Shown piece after piece: positions 1 to 8,340 of a stretch of 64,000 nt of DNA. Below the pieces are notes generated by a model. The model was not told the DNA's origin, did no database searches, and saw nothing but the letters and a program-made list of their open reading frames with translations. Every line of letters starts with the position of its first letter. The stretch's first letter is position 1. Both the position numbers and the translations under genes were made by a program. Source of the stretch: Bacteroidales bacterium (GTDB lineage: Bacteria; Bacteroidota; Bacteroidia; Bacteroidales; UBA3663); assembly GCA_045598885.1 (NCBI GenBank), contig JAZRVB010000139.1, positions 14,961-78,960 of the forward strand. The letters are read 5' to 3'.

Positions 1-25
1 ATATACTCCACACTTATAGACGTTC

Positions 26-784
26 ATGAGCAAGCAAGAGCCGAACAAACTCACCTCATTTCTCATCGATGAGCAGCAGGCACATCGCAAGGGAGGACTT
101 TATCATAAGACACAGGTGCAGCTCGCCTACAACTCCAACCGAATCGAAGGCTCAAAGCTGACCGAAGAGCAGACACGCTACATCTTTGAAACCCGTACTA
201 TCGGGTTCAAGGATCAGGAGGCTGTGCCCGTGGATGATATCATCGAGACGACGAATCACTTCGTTGCTTTCGACTACCTGCTCCGCACTATCTCTGAGCC
301 GCTGACGGAGGTAATAATCAAGGAGTTCCACCGCATACTGAAGACTGGCACAGCCGATGCGCAGAAACCTTACTTCAACGTAGGCGACTACAAGCGACTG
401 GCCAACGAGGTCGGCGGCCATGAGACCTGCAAGCCAGCCGATGTGACCAAGGAGATGCAGTCGCTGCACGAATGGTATCAGGACCAGACGGACGTGACCA
501 TCCACACCCTTGCCGAATACCATTGGCGGTTTGAGCGCATTCACCCTTTCCAGGACGGCAACGGGCGTGTAGGCCGACTCGTCCTCTTCCGTGAGTGTCT
601 CCGCCACAGCATCATGCCCTTCGTGATCGACAACGAGCACAAGTTGTTCTACTACCGTGGACTCTCCGAATTCCGCCAGACACCAGGATTCCTCGTCGGA
701 ACCATGCAGTCGGCGCAAGACACCTACCAAGCATGGATCAAGTACTTCAACGAGGATTTGCTGGAGGGACTGACAATTGAATAA
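26..784 (+). CDS. Fic family protein (Fido-domain, AMPylase-type)
   Basis: 252-aa ORF. Canonical Fic motif HPFQDGNGRVGR at aa 173-184. N-terminal SNRIEG (aa 37-42) fits the [S/T]xxxE[G/N] auto-inhibitory helix motif. Confidence 0.85.
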   Translation: MSKQEPNKLTSFLIDEQQAHRKGGLYHKTQVQLAYNSNRIEGSKLTEEQTRYIFETRTIGFKDQEAVPVDDIIETTNHFVAFDYLLRTISEPLTEVIIKEFHRILKTGTADAQKPYFNVGDYKRLANEVGGHETCKPADVTKEMQSLHEWYQDQTDVTIHTLAEYHWRFERIHPFQDGNGRVGRLVLFRECLRHSIMPFVIDNEHKLFYYRGLSEFRQTPGFLVGTMQSAQDTYQAWIKYFNEDLLEGLTIE

Positions 785-794
785 CAGACAAGAG

Positions 795-1469
795 ATGAAG
801 ATCATTTGCGTGGGCATGAACTATGCCAGACATAACGAGGAACTGAAGCACACACTGGCACAGATACAGGGTGTGAGTGCGGGTGTGATGCAGCTGGAGA
901 ATGCTCCTACCCTATTCCTGAAGCCGGAGACGGCGCTGACCAGAGAGGACTGGCCATTCTTCGTGCCCGACTGGAGCGAGCAGGTGGAGTATGAGACGGA
1001 GATCGTGGTGCGTATCAATCACCTCGGCAAGAGCATCCCAGAGCGCTATGCGCATCGCTATTATGACGAGGTGACGCTCGGCATTGACTTCACGGCGCGT
1101 GACATCCAGAAACAGCTCAGCCAGAAAGGTTTACCTTGGGAAATCGCGAAGGGCTTCGACGGGGCTTCGTATGTCGGGAAATGGATCAAGCTGGACGAAC
1201 TGAAGAAGCAGAAAAACACGAAAGAAAGCCCGATACAGGACCTGCATTTCGAGATGCAGCTCAACGGTGAGACGCGCCAGCAGGGGTGGTCGGGCGACAT
1301 GCTTCACACCGTCGACCAGATCATCAGCTACGCCAGTCAGTTCTATCTGCTCAAGACGGGCGACCTGATCTTCACCGGCACGCCAGCAGGCGTGGGACGC
1401 GTCAAGGAGGGAGACCTGATCACGGCAAGCCTGGAAGGTATCGAAGTGCTCCAGTGCCGCTGCAAATAG
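795..1469 (+). CDS. fumarylacetoacetate hydrolase (FAH) family protein
   Basis: The track ORF 777..1469 opens on TTG. The first ATG at 795 gives MKIICVGMNYARHN, a typical N-terminus of short FAH-family proteins. C-terminal GDLIFTGTPAGVG motif. Confidence 0.75.
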   Translation: MKIICVGMNYARHNEELKHTLAQIQGVSAGVMQLENAPTLFLKPETALTREDWPFFVPDWSEQVEYETEIVVRINHLGKSIPERYAHRYYDEVTLGIDFTARDIQKQLSQKGLPWEIAKGFDGASYVGKWIKLDELKKQKNTKESPIQDLHFEMQLNGETRQQGWSGDMLHTVDQIISYASQFYLLKTGDLIFTGTPAGVGRVKEGDLITASLEGIEVLQCRCK

Positions 1470-1543
1470 CACCCGACCCCGCGAATACACGCATATTATA
1501 TACGCACATACAATAAAAAAGGTCTCCATGCGTTAATAATGGC

Positions 1544-4500
1544 ATGAGACTACGTCATTTTCTTTTCTCCGCAATCCTATTACTTGCTGCACAGGCGGCA
1601 TCTGCCGCACCGTACAGCAAGCATGACTTTGCGTCCTCGTCTGCCCTGGCAGAAGGACATTGGGTCAGAGTAGCTCTCGGCGGCACAGAAGATGGCATCT
1701 ACCAGATATCCTATAGCCAACTGCGGGACATGGGCTTCGCTCAACCTGAAAAGGTCGGAGTCTATGGCTTCGGCGGGCATGTACTCCCGGAGAAACTGGA
1801 GGAGATCGAGTTTGACGACCTCCCAGAGCTGGCTATCTATCAGGATCCGGGCAATAACCGCCTCCTTTTCTACGGTCAGGGACTCGTCCGTTGGGATTAC
1901 TCGTCGGCCAACGGCTTCTATCATCGGCAGAACTCGTATGAGACAGAAGCCTACTATTTCCTGCATCAGAAAGACGGGGCACCTCGCATGATTGAGCCGA
2001 TCACCGATACACCCCACACCACTGACACCTTCTCAGGCACGTATCATGCCCTGGGGCTCCACGAGACGGAATCGGTCAACATCGGACAGACCGGACGAGA
2101 AAAATACGGCGAATCCTTTCTCAGCAACAAGACACAGAGCTTCTCTTTCGGATCCTTTGATGCTGGCAATCTGCAGCTCACGGTCAATGCCATTTCCAAA
2201 GCTTCGTCAGCGACGTCTTTCCTGGTCAAAGCCAACGATGCGGAGATCGGAACGATCAGGTTTGGCGCCGTCAGCTCTGACTATACTTTTGCGCTAGAAG
2301 GGACTCTCAGACAGACGCTACAGCTGGAAAGCAGCTCGGATCTTGACGTGACGCTGACCTACCAGTCGGCAGAAAAAACAGAGATTGCCCGACTGAACTA
2401 TATTACCGTCCAGGGGCCTCGCGGCTTTGTGCTGCCGGAGACCTGCTATACGTTCAGAGGGGAAGATGTGCAGCAGGGATTCGACCTGCATGCGGCTTTC
2501 GGCACGTCGACGGATTCGGCATCATTGGCCGCCTCGCCTTACCAGATCTGGGACGTAAGCTCCGCCGTCGATATCAGGAGACAGCTCCTGGCGGAGGGTG
2601 CCAAGTTCTCTGCATCAGGCGCGAAAGACAGGCCGAATGAATACGTCTTTGTCAATACCGCAGCACGAGACTTCCCCACGGTACGCTCATTGGGCAGAGT
2701 CGCCAACCAGAACCTGCACGCCTTATCAGCGGCAGACCTGGTCATCGTCTCGGCACCGGCCTATCTGAAAGAAGCCAACCGACTGGCAGAGTACCGCCGC
2801 AGCCACGACGGGCTGCAGGTCACCGTCGTAACGCCACAGGAGATCTATAATGAGTTCTCATCGGGTGGCCAGGATGTGACCGCGATCCGCCTGCTGATGA
2901 AAAAGCTGCAGCCTCGCTATCTGCTGCTTTTGGGCAAGGGAAACTTTGACAATCAGAAGATCGACCGTCAGTATTTCCTGCCTTGCTATGAGACAGACAA
3001 CTCCCTTGCGGAGACCTCGTCGTGTGTCTGCGATGACTACTTCGGATTTATCGAGGACGGTGAGGGCGGCAACCTCAGCGGCAATCGCTATAACATCGAC
3101 AACGAGAGCCTGGACATCGGCATCGGACGCCTCCCGGTCAGCACTCAGGCAGAAGCCAAAGATGCGATCGACAAGATCATTGCCTATAGCAACAACCGCT
3201 ATCAGGGCAACTGGAAGAGCCGCCTCTGCTTCCTGAGCGACGATGACAAGGAGGGTGACTCCTATAACGCACACATACGCCACAATGACCAGCTGATCGC
3301 CCGCCTGGAGAAGGCCGGACATAAGGAGTATGCCATGCAGAAGATCTATCTGCCGGCTTACAAGCAGACGAGCACGGCATCGGGAACCGACTATCCGGAT
3401 GCAAAGAAGGAGTTTCTGGAAAGCCTGAAACAGGGCGTCCTGCTGGTCAACTATGCAGGTCATGGAAACACCTCATCGATCACTCACGAAGAGATGATGA
3501 CCTCTGCCGTCGCCTCGCAGCTGAGCATGCGATACCTCCCGGTATGGGTGACAGCGTCGTGCGACGTCGGCCGATGGGACAATGACGACCAGTCGCTCGG
3601 CGAGCACCTGACGCTCAATCCGAACGGTGGAGCCATCGCGATGTTCACCACCGTGCGTGTCGTCTATGCGCACCAGAACCTGGTCCTCAACCAAGCGATC
3701 GTCGACCATCTCTTTAATCGTAACGACGACGGATCGCGCTACCGCCTCGGAGATGTACTGAAAGCGGCCAAGCGCTCCTTAGGTCGAGATTATAACAAGC
3801 TCAATTTCTGTCTGATGGGAGATCCGTCGCTGACGATGGCCTATCCGGAACAACAGATCGCCGTGACAGAAGTCAATGGAAAGGCTGTAGACGCGCTGGC
3901 CGACGACCTGCGGCTCCACGCGCTGGAGACCGTCACGATGAAAGGATCTATCTATAAGACGGGCAGCCAGACAGAGATTGACTCGACCTTCAACGGCATT
4001 GTCTTCCCGACCCTCTATGACGCCCTCGACACGCTGACAGCCGACAAGGGCTATGTCCAGCCCGATGCAGATCCGTACCGGTTTACGACACGCACACGTA
4101 AGGCGTTCTCAGGTCGTGGAGAGGTCAGGAACGGACAGTTTGAGTTCAGTTTCATGATCCCGCAGGATATTGCCTATAGCAGCAGATCCGGCCTGGCTAC
4201 CCTCTACGCCTGTAGCAATGACTGGACAGAGGCGCAAGGCTACTTCGACAAGTATCAGCTGACAGGAGGCCAGGACATCATCCGCACCGATACGGTCGGG
4301 CCTACCATTAACCGGCTTTTCCTCAACGATATGCTGTTCAGCGAGGGAGCGGTGGTCAATAGCACTCCTTATTTCTATGCCGAAGTGAGCGACGAGAGCG
4401 GCTTCAACACGACCGGAAATGGCATCGGTCACGACATGCTGCTGACCATCAAGTGTACGAGTGATCCGTTGCAGAGTGTCAAGCAATACATACTCAACAA

Positions 4501-5032
4501 TTATTTCTCGACCTTCACCGGGCGCTACAACATCGGCAACGTCCAATATAGCATACCCTCTCTTGAGGACGGCGACTATGAGGCATCCTTCATCGTATGG
4601 GACGTCTTCAACAACGCCAGTCGCAAGGTCTTCCATTTCACGGTGGCCAAGGGCAAGGCTCCGTCAGCCGTGACGGTACAAGCCTATCCAAGTCCGGCGA
4701 AGAGCGGTGAGCCGTTGACCTTCCGCGTGCTGCACAACCGCCCGGAATCACAGACGGAGATGCATCTTGAGGTATTCAACGCGCTCGGGCATCGTGTCTA
4801 TGAGACAGAGGTCAAGACCCATCAGGCCGCTAAGTATTACGCGACAGACATCAGTCAACCGACGATTGCCAACACGTCGATCCTGGCAGACGAGACGCCG
4901 AACTTCATGGGTAGCACCAGCGTCGTCTGGTCGACGCCGAACCTTGAAGCGGGCTTTTATATCTATCGTATCGTCTTGACCTCCAATGGGAGCCGGAAGA
5001 TTTCTGATAGTAAGATACTGATTATTGAGTAA
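1544..5032 (+). CDS. porU: type IX secretion system sortase PorU (C25 gingipain-like peptidase)
   Basis: 1162-aa ORF with a signal peptide. C25-like core with a candidate His in NYAGHGN and a candidate Cys in VTASCDVG. Beta-rich C-terminal tail resembles a T9SS CTD. Followed by porV, the usual pairing. Confidence 0.85.
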   Translation: MRLRHFLFSAILLLAAQAASAAPYSKHDFASSSALAEGHWVRVALGGTEDGIYQISYSQLRDMGFAQPEKVGVYGFGGHVLPEKLEEIEFDDLPELAIYQDPGNNRLLFYGQGLVRWDYSSANGFYHRQNSYETEAYYFLHQKDGAPRMIEPITDTPHTTDTFSGTYHALGLHETESVNIGQTGREKYGESFLSNKTQSFSFGSFDAGNLQLTVNAISKASSATSFLVKANDAEIGTIRFGAVSSDYTFALEGTLRQTLQLESSSDLDVTLTYQSAEKTEIARLNYITVQGPRGFVLPETCYTFRGEDVQQGFDLHAAFGTSTDSASLAASPYQIWDVSSAVDIRRQLLAEGAKFSASGAKDRPNEYVFVNTAARDFPTVRSLGRVANQNLHALSAADLVIVSAPAYLKEANRLAEYRRSHDGLQVTVVTPQEIYNEFSSGGQDVTAIRLLMKKLQPRYLLLLGKGNFDNQKIDRQYFLPCYETDNSLAETSSCVCDDYFGFIEDGEGGNLSGNRYNIDNESLDIGIGRLPVSTQAEAKDAIDKIIAYSNNRYQGNWKSRLCFLSDDDKEGDSYNAHIRHNDQLIARLEKAGHKEYAMQKIYLPAYKQTSTASGTDYPDAKKEFLESLKQGVLLVNYAGHGNTSSITHEEMMTSAVASQLSMRYLPVWVTASCDVGRWDNDDQSLGEHLTLNPNGGAIAMFTTVRVVYAHQNLVLNQAIVDHLFNRNDDGSRYRLGDVLKAAKRSLGRDYNKLNFCLMGDPSLTMAYPEQQIAVTEVNGKAVDALADDLRLHALETVTMKGSIYKTGSQTEIDSTFNGIVFPTLYDALDTLTADKGYVQPDADPYRFTTRTRKAFSGRGEVRNGQFEFSFMIPQDIAYSSRSGLATLYACSNDWTEAQGYFDKYQLTGGQDIIRTDTVGPTINRLFLNDMLFSEGAVVNSTPYFYAEVSDESGFNTTGNGIGHDMLLTIKCTSDPLQSVKQYILNNYFSTFTGRYNIGNVQYSIPSLEDGDYEASFIVWDVFNNASRKVFHFTVAKGKAPSAVTVQAYPSPAKSGEPLTFRVLHNRPESQTEMHLEVFNALGHRVYETEVKTHQAAKYYATDISQPTIANTSILADETPNFMGSTSVVWSTPNLEAGFYIYRIVLTSNGSRKISDSKILIIE

Positions 5033-5175
5033 CATGCAAAAAAATAACTTGGTATTTTTTTGCATGTCATCCTGAGAGAAACGAAGGATCTCGTAATTAA
5101 CGGATATGGCTACGTGTGAGATGTTTCGCTTTGCTCAACATGACAAGTGAAAAAATACCAAGTTATTTTTTCACT
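5033..5175. repeat. composite palindromic (MITE/REP-like) element between porU and porV
   Basis: Hairpin A at 5033-5066 has a 14-bp perfect stem (CATGCAAAAAAATA / TATTTTTTTGCATG) and loop ACTTGG. The central imperfect hairpin spans about 5066-5144 (GTCATCCTGAGAGAAACGAAGGATCTC vs GAGATGTTTCGCTTTGCTCAACATGAC). Hairpin A' at 5146-5175 has a 12-bp perfect stem and loop CCAAGT, the reverse complement of loop A. Confidence 0.6.
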
Positions 5176-5197
5176 CTAACTGACAACAAATAATACA

Positions 5198-6379
5198 ATG
5201 AAGAGAATACTCATCCTCAGCCTTGCATGTGCATCGTTGACCACAGCTATCGCTCAAGACGAGACCGCGTCAGAGGTTAGCAAATACAATCCGCTCAACC
5301 CTGCCATGATGTCGCTTAGCATCGCACCAGATGCTCGTGGCGGTGCCATGGGCGATGTCGGTGCGGCAACAGAGCCAGACGAGGTCAGCCAATACTGGAA
5401 TCCGGCGAAATATGCCTTTGCCTACAGCCGCAGCGGCATCTCGCTCAACTATACGCCATGGTTGCGCAAAATCACCACGGGCATCAATGTCATGAACGCG
5501 GCCGGCTACTATAAGTTCGGCTACGACGACAACCAGGCGGTCTCGGCCTCCCTGACTTATTTCAGCTTAGGAGAAGTCACGGTGATCAATTCCGAGGGTG
5601 CACAGCTGCAGGTCATCAACCCGATGGAAATGGCGGTCGACGTCGGCTATTCACGTATGCTGAGTCCTAATTTTTCTATGGCCGTAGCCTTCCGCTATCT
5701 CCACTCGGCCATGACATACACCGACTCGGACAACAAGCCAAGCAACACCTTCGCGGCCGACATTGCCGCCTATTATGAGGCCTATCCGCAGATCGGATAC
5801 AATGAGTGCAAGTGGGCCTGGGGTCTCAACATCTCTAACGTCGGTGGCAAGGTCAGCTACGACGGAGGAACGACCAGCCAGTTCCTGCCCGCCAGAATGA
5901 GACTTGGCACCTCATTCACCTTCCCGCTTGACGACTATAACCTGCTTTCTATCAATGCAGATGCAGATAAATATCTCATCCCTGCTACTCCAAAGCGCGG
6001 CAACTATGCGTCGGACGAGGAGTATCAGCAGGCGCTTAAGGATCACTATGCCATGAATGGCTTTACGGGTGTCTTCAAGTCATTCAGTGACGCCCCCCGA
6101 GGCTTCGAAGAAGAACTGGAGGAGATCAACTGGGGCATCGGCGCAGAGTATACTTACGACCGACGTTTCTTCTTGCGAGCCGGTTACCACCATGAGCATG
6201 AAAACAAAGGCGGACGCAAATACTTTACTTTCGGTGCAGGTATCACGCTCAATGTGTTTCATATTGACGCCAGTTACGTGATGAGCAGTGAGCAGACATC
6301 GGCCCTCGACCAGACGTTGCGCTTCACCTTGGGCTTCGACCTCGAAGGTCTTCGTGACATGCTGGGCAGGAGAAGATGA
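5198..6379 (+). CDS. porV: type IX secretion system outer-membrane channel/shuttle protein PorV (LptO)
   Basis: 393-aa ORF with a signal peptide. N-terminal signature APDARGGAMGDVGAATEPDEVSQYWNPAKYAF is typical of PorV. Beta-barrel-like alternating sequence. Located downstream of porU. Confidence 0.85.
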   Translation: MKRILILSLACASLTTAIAQDETASEVSKYNPLNPAMMSLSIAPDARGGAMGDVGAATEPDEVSQYWNPAKYAFAYSRSGISLNYTPWLRKITTGINVMNAAGYYKFGYDDNQAVSASLTYFSLGEVTVINSEGAQLQVINPMEMAVDVGYSRMLSPNFSMAVAFRYLHSAMTYTDSDNKPSNTFAADIAAYYEAYPQIGYNECKWAWGLNISNVGGKVSYDGGTTSQFLPARMRLGTSFTFPLDDYNLLSINADADKYLIPATPKRGNYASDEEYQQALKDHYAMNGFTGVFKSFSDAPRGFEEELEEINWGIGAEYTYDRRFFLRAGYHHEHENKGGRKYFTFGAGITLNVFHIDASYVMSSEQTSALDQTLRFTLGFDLEGLRDMLGRRR

Positions 6380-6413
6380 GAAGCATTGACAGCAATCAAT
6401 TGTAACTCCAATC

Positions 6414-6449
6414 GTAAATCCGTAAATAGTAAATAGTAAATAGTAAATA
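6414..6449. repeat. tandem heptamer repeat (GTAAATA)x4 plus one variant unit
   Basis: GTAAATC at 6414-6420, then four perfect GTAAATA units at 6422-6449. The array ends 4 nt before the GTG at 6454 and 31 nt before the ATG at 6481. Confidence 0.8.
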
Positions 6450-6480
6450 AATCGTGAACTACTTAGATAACATCCCTCGC

Positions 6481-7518
6481 ATGATGTCTGCAGAGCAGAT
6501 CTCAGCGGCAAAAGCATTCATCAATGATCATCAGAACTTTGTCATCTCGGCACACATGTCGCCTGACGGAGATGCCTTAGGCTCTGCCCTCTCCATGCAG
6601 CATTATCTCCGCGCCAAGGGCAAGAAGGCCACGGTCGTCTTCAATGACGCTCCTGGTGACAATCTGTCATTCATCCCTACTGAGGGTTGCGACATCCTAG
6701 TCTTCGACAACCAGAACAACAACAGCATTCCTATGCAGAAGGAAGAGGCCATCAAGGCCATCGAGGAGAGCGATGCTATGGTCTGTGTCGACTTCAATAC
6801 CCCTTCGCGCCTAGGCAATCTGAAGGATACCTTCATGAATCACAAAGCGCCTAAGCTCCTGCTGGATCACCACCTCGACCCTGCAGTCGAAAACTTTGAC
6901 GTCATCGTCTCAGAGCCCTCTCATTGCGCCGCTTGTGAAGTCATCTGCCGCTTTATCATCGAGATGGGCGACGAGTCGCTGATCGACAATAAACTGGCCA
7001 CAACGCTTTTCTGTGGCATCATGACCGATACGGGCTGGTTCGTCTTCAATTCCGACCGTCCTGAGATACATCTGATCATGGCTCGACTGATGCAGGAAGG
7101 CGTCAACCGCGAGCAGATCATTAAAGACTCTCATATTACGCTGGAGCGCCGCATCCGTGTGCAAGGCTACCTGATGAGTCAGAAACTCAAGACCGTCTAC
7201 CCTCACCACGCAGCATATTTCTCGCTCTCTCAGGCAGAGATCAAGCGATTCAATCACCAGAAAGGCGATACCGAGGGTGTGGTCAACGTACCGCTCGACA
7301 TCGAAGGAATCAGCGTCTCGGCTTTCTTCCGCGAGGAGAAGAATCTGGTCAAGGTCAGCCTCCGCTCGAAGGGAGAATATCCGGTCAACCTGATTGCAGA
7401 AAAGTTCTTTAATGGAGGTGGACATCGCAATGCTGCAGGAGGAGAATTCTATGGAAGTTTGGCACAAGCAGAAGCCATTTTTGTTAAAGTGCTCCCGCTT
7501 TTCGATAAATATCTTTAA
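6481..7518 (+). CDS. nrnA: DHH-family phosphoesterase, NrnA-like (oligoribonuclease / pAp phosphatase)
   Basis: DHH-type motifs (SAHMSPDGDALGS, DHH at LLDHHLD) and the DHHA1 motif GGGHRNAAGG. The track ORF opens on GTG at 6454. ATG-ATG at 6481 is the more likely start. Confidence 0.8.
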   Translation: MMSAEQISAAKAFINDHQNFVISAHMSPDGDALGSALSMQHYLRAKGKKATVVFNDAPGDNLSFIPTEGCDILVFDNQNNNSIPMQKEEAIKAIEESDAMVCVDFNTPSRLGNLKDTFMNHKAPKLLLDHHLDPAVENFDVIVSEPSHCAACEVICRFIIEMGDESLIDNKLATTLFCGIMTDTGWFVFNSDRPEIHLIMARLMQEGVNREQIIKDSHITLERRIRVQGYLMSQKLKTVYPHHAAYFSLSQAEIKRFNHQKGDTEGVVNVPLDIEGISVSAFFREEKNLVKVSLRSKGEYPVNLIAEKFFNGGGHRNAAGGEFYGSLAQAEAIFVKVLPLFDKYL

Positions 7519-7534
7519 TATTTAGGGTTCAAAT

Positions 7535-7565
7535 TTTGTCATGTGACTCTTTTTTCTTATTTTTG
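7535..7565 (+). promoter_or_regulatory. Bacteroidota sigma-A type promoter (-33 TTTG / -7 TAnnTTTG)
   Basis: TTTG at 7535-7538, a 19-nt spacer, then TATTTTTG at 7558-7565. The downstream ATG is at 7587, 21 nt away. Confidence 0.45.
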
Positions 7566-7586
7566 CGCGTTATTACAAAGTAAAAA

Positions 7587-8279
7587 ATGAAAAAATTATC
7601 ACTTAACGCCTTTGCTCTCCTGCTGATGCTCTTCGTGGCAGCATCATGCAGCGACACCCAATCTTACGCAGACCTCGTCAATCAGGAAGAGGACTATATC
7701 CAGAACTTCAAGGACTATGCGGGCATCGATGCCATTGAGATCGATGAGGACATCCTTAACTCATGGACAACCAAGGTTCTCGCAGACAGCATTGACCCGG
7801 GCACATTGGTAAAGAAAGACCAGTGGTATATGGTCAACGAAGGCGACTTCAAACGTCTCTATTTCCGCATCAAGAATTTCGGCAACCGTCAGGAAGGTGC
7901 ATCGTTCTACAAGAACAAGATCTCTATCGGCAGCTATGTGCTGGTACGTTATGAGGATTGCTACCTGCTCAATAATTTCGATGGGTTTAATGACAAAGTG
8001 GCAGCAGACAATCTGAGTCCATACAATTATCAGATAATCTATAACTGGAATACGGACTACTACGCATCGACCTATTATTCTTATCAGTATGGCAATAGCA
8101 CCTCTCAGAATACCTGCACCAGTGGTGGCTTAGCTTTCCCTGTCCGCTTCATGTGGTTCGGCGGCGAGGCTGAGTTGATCGTACCATTCTCACTGGTATC
8201 GTCAGACTTCTCAAGCAGCTATTTTACACTCTACTACGGCACGGTACGCTATACCAAGCCGACCTATATTCCTGAATAA
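7587..8279 (+). CDS. lipoprotein of unknown function (DUF4827-like by recollection)
   Basis: 230-aa ORF with a lipoprotein signal peptide (LFVAASC|SD). The position between nrnA-like and glmM recalls the DUF4827 gene seen there in Bacteroides. The family name was not verified. Confidence 0.5.
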   Translation: MKKLSLNAFALLLMLFVAASCSDTQSYADLVNQEEDYIQNFKDYAGIDAIEIDEDILNSWTTKVLADSIDPGTLVKKDQWYMVNEGDFKRLYFRIKNFGNRQEGASFYKNKISIGSYVLVRYEDCYLLNNFDGFNDKVAADNLSPYNYQIIYNWNTDYYASTYYSYQYGNSTSQNTCTSGGLAFPVRFMWFGGEAELIVPFSLVSSDFSSSYFTLYYGTVRYTKPTYIPE

Positions 8280-8340
8280 GAGTAGGAGCAGATGATATCA
8301 TCGTCACTCGGTACTCTTAACTTTTAACTCTTCACATTTT

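Noticed and set aside
777-794. An apparent 8-bp overlap of the Fic gene with the next ORF, suggesting a toxin-antitoxin-like coupled pair.
   Set aside because: The overlap depends on a TTG start. The ATG at 795 gives the normal FAH-family N-terminus, and an FAH-fold enzyme is not a plausible Fic antitoxin.
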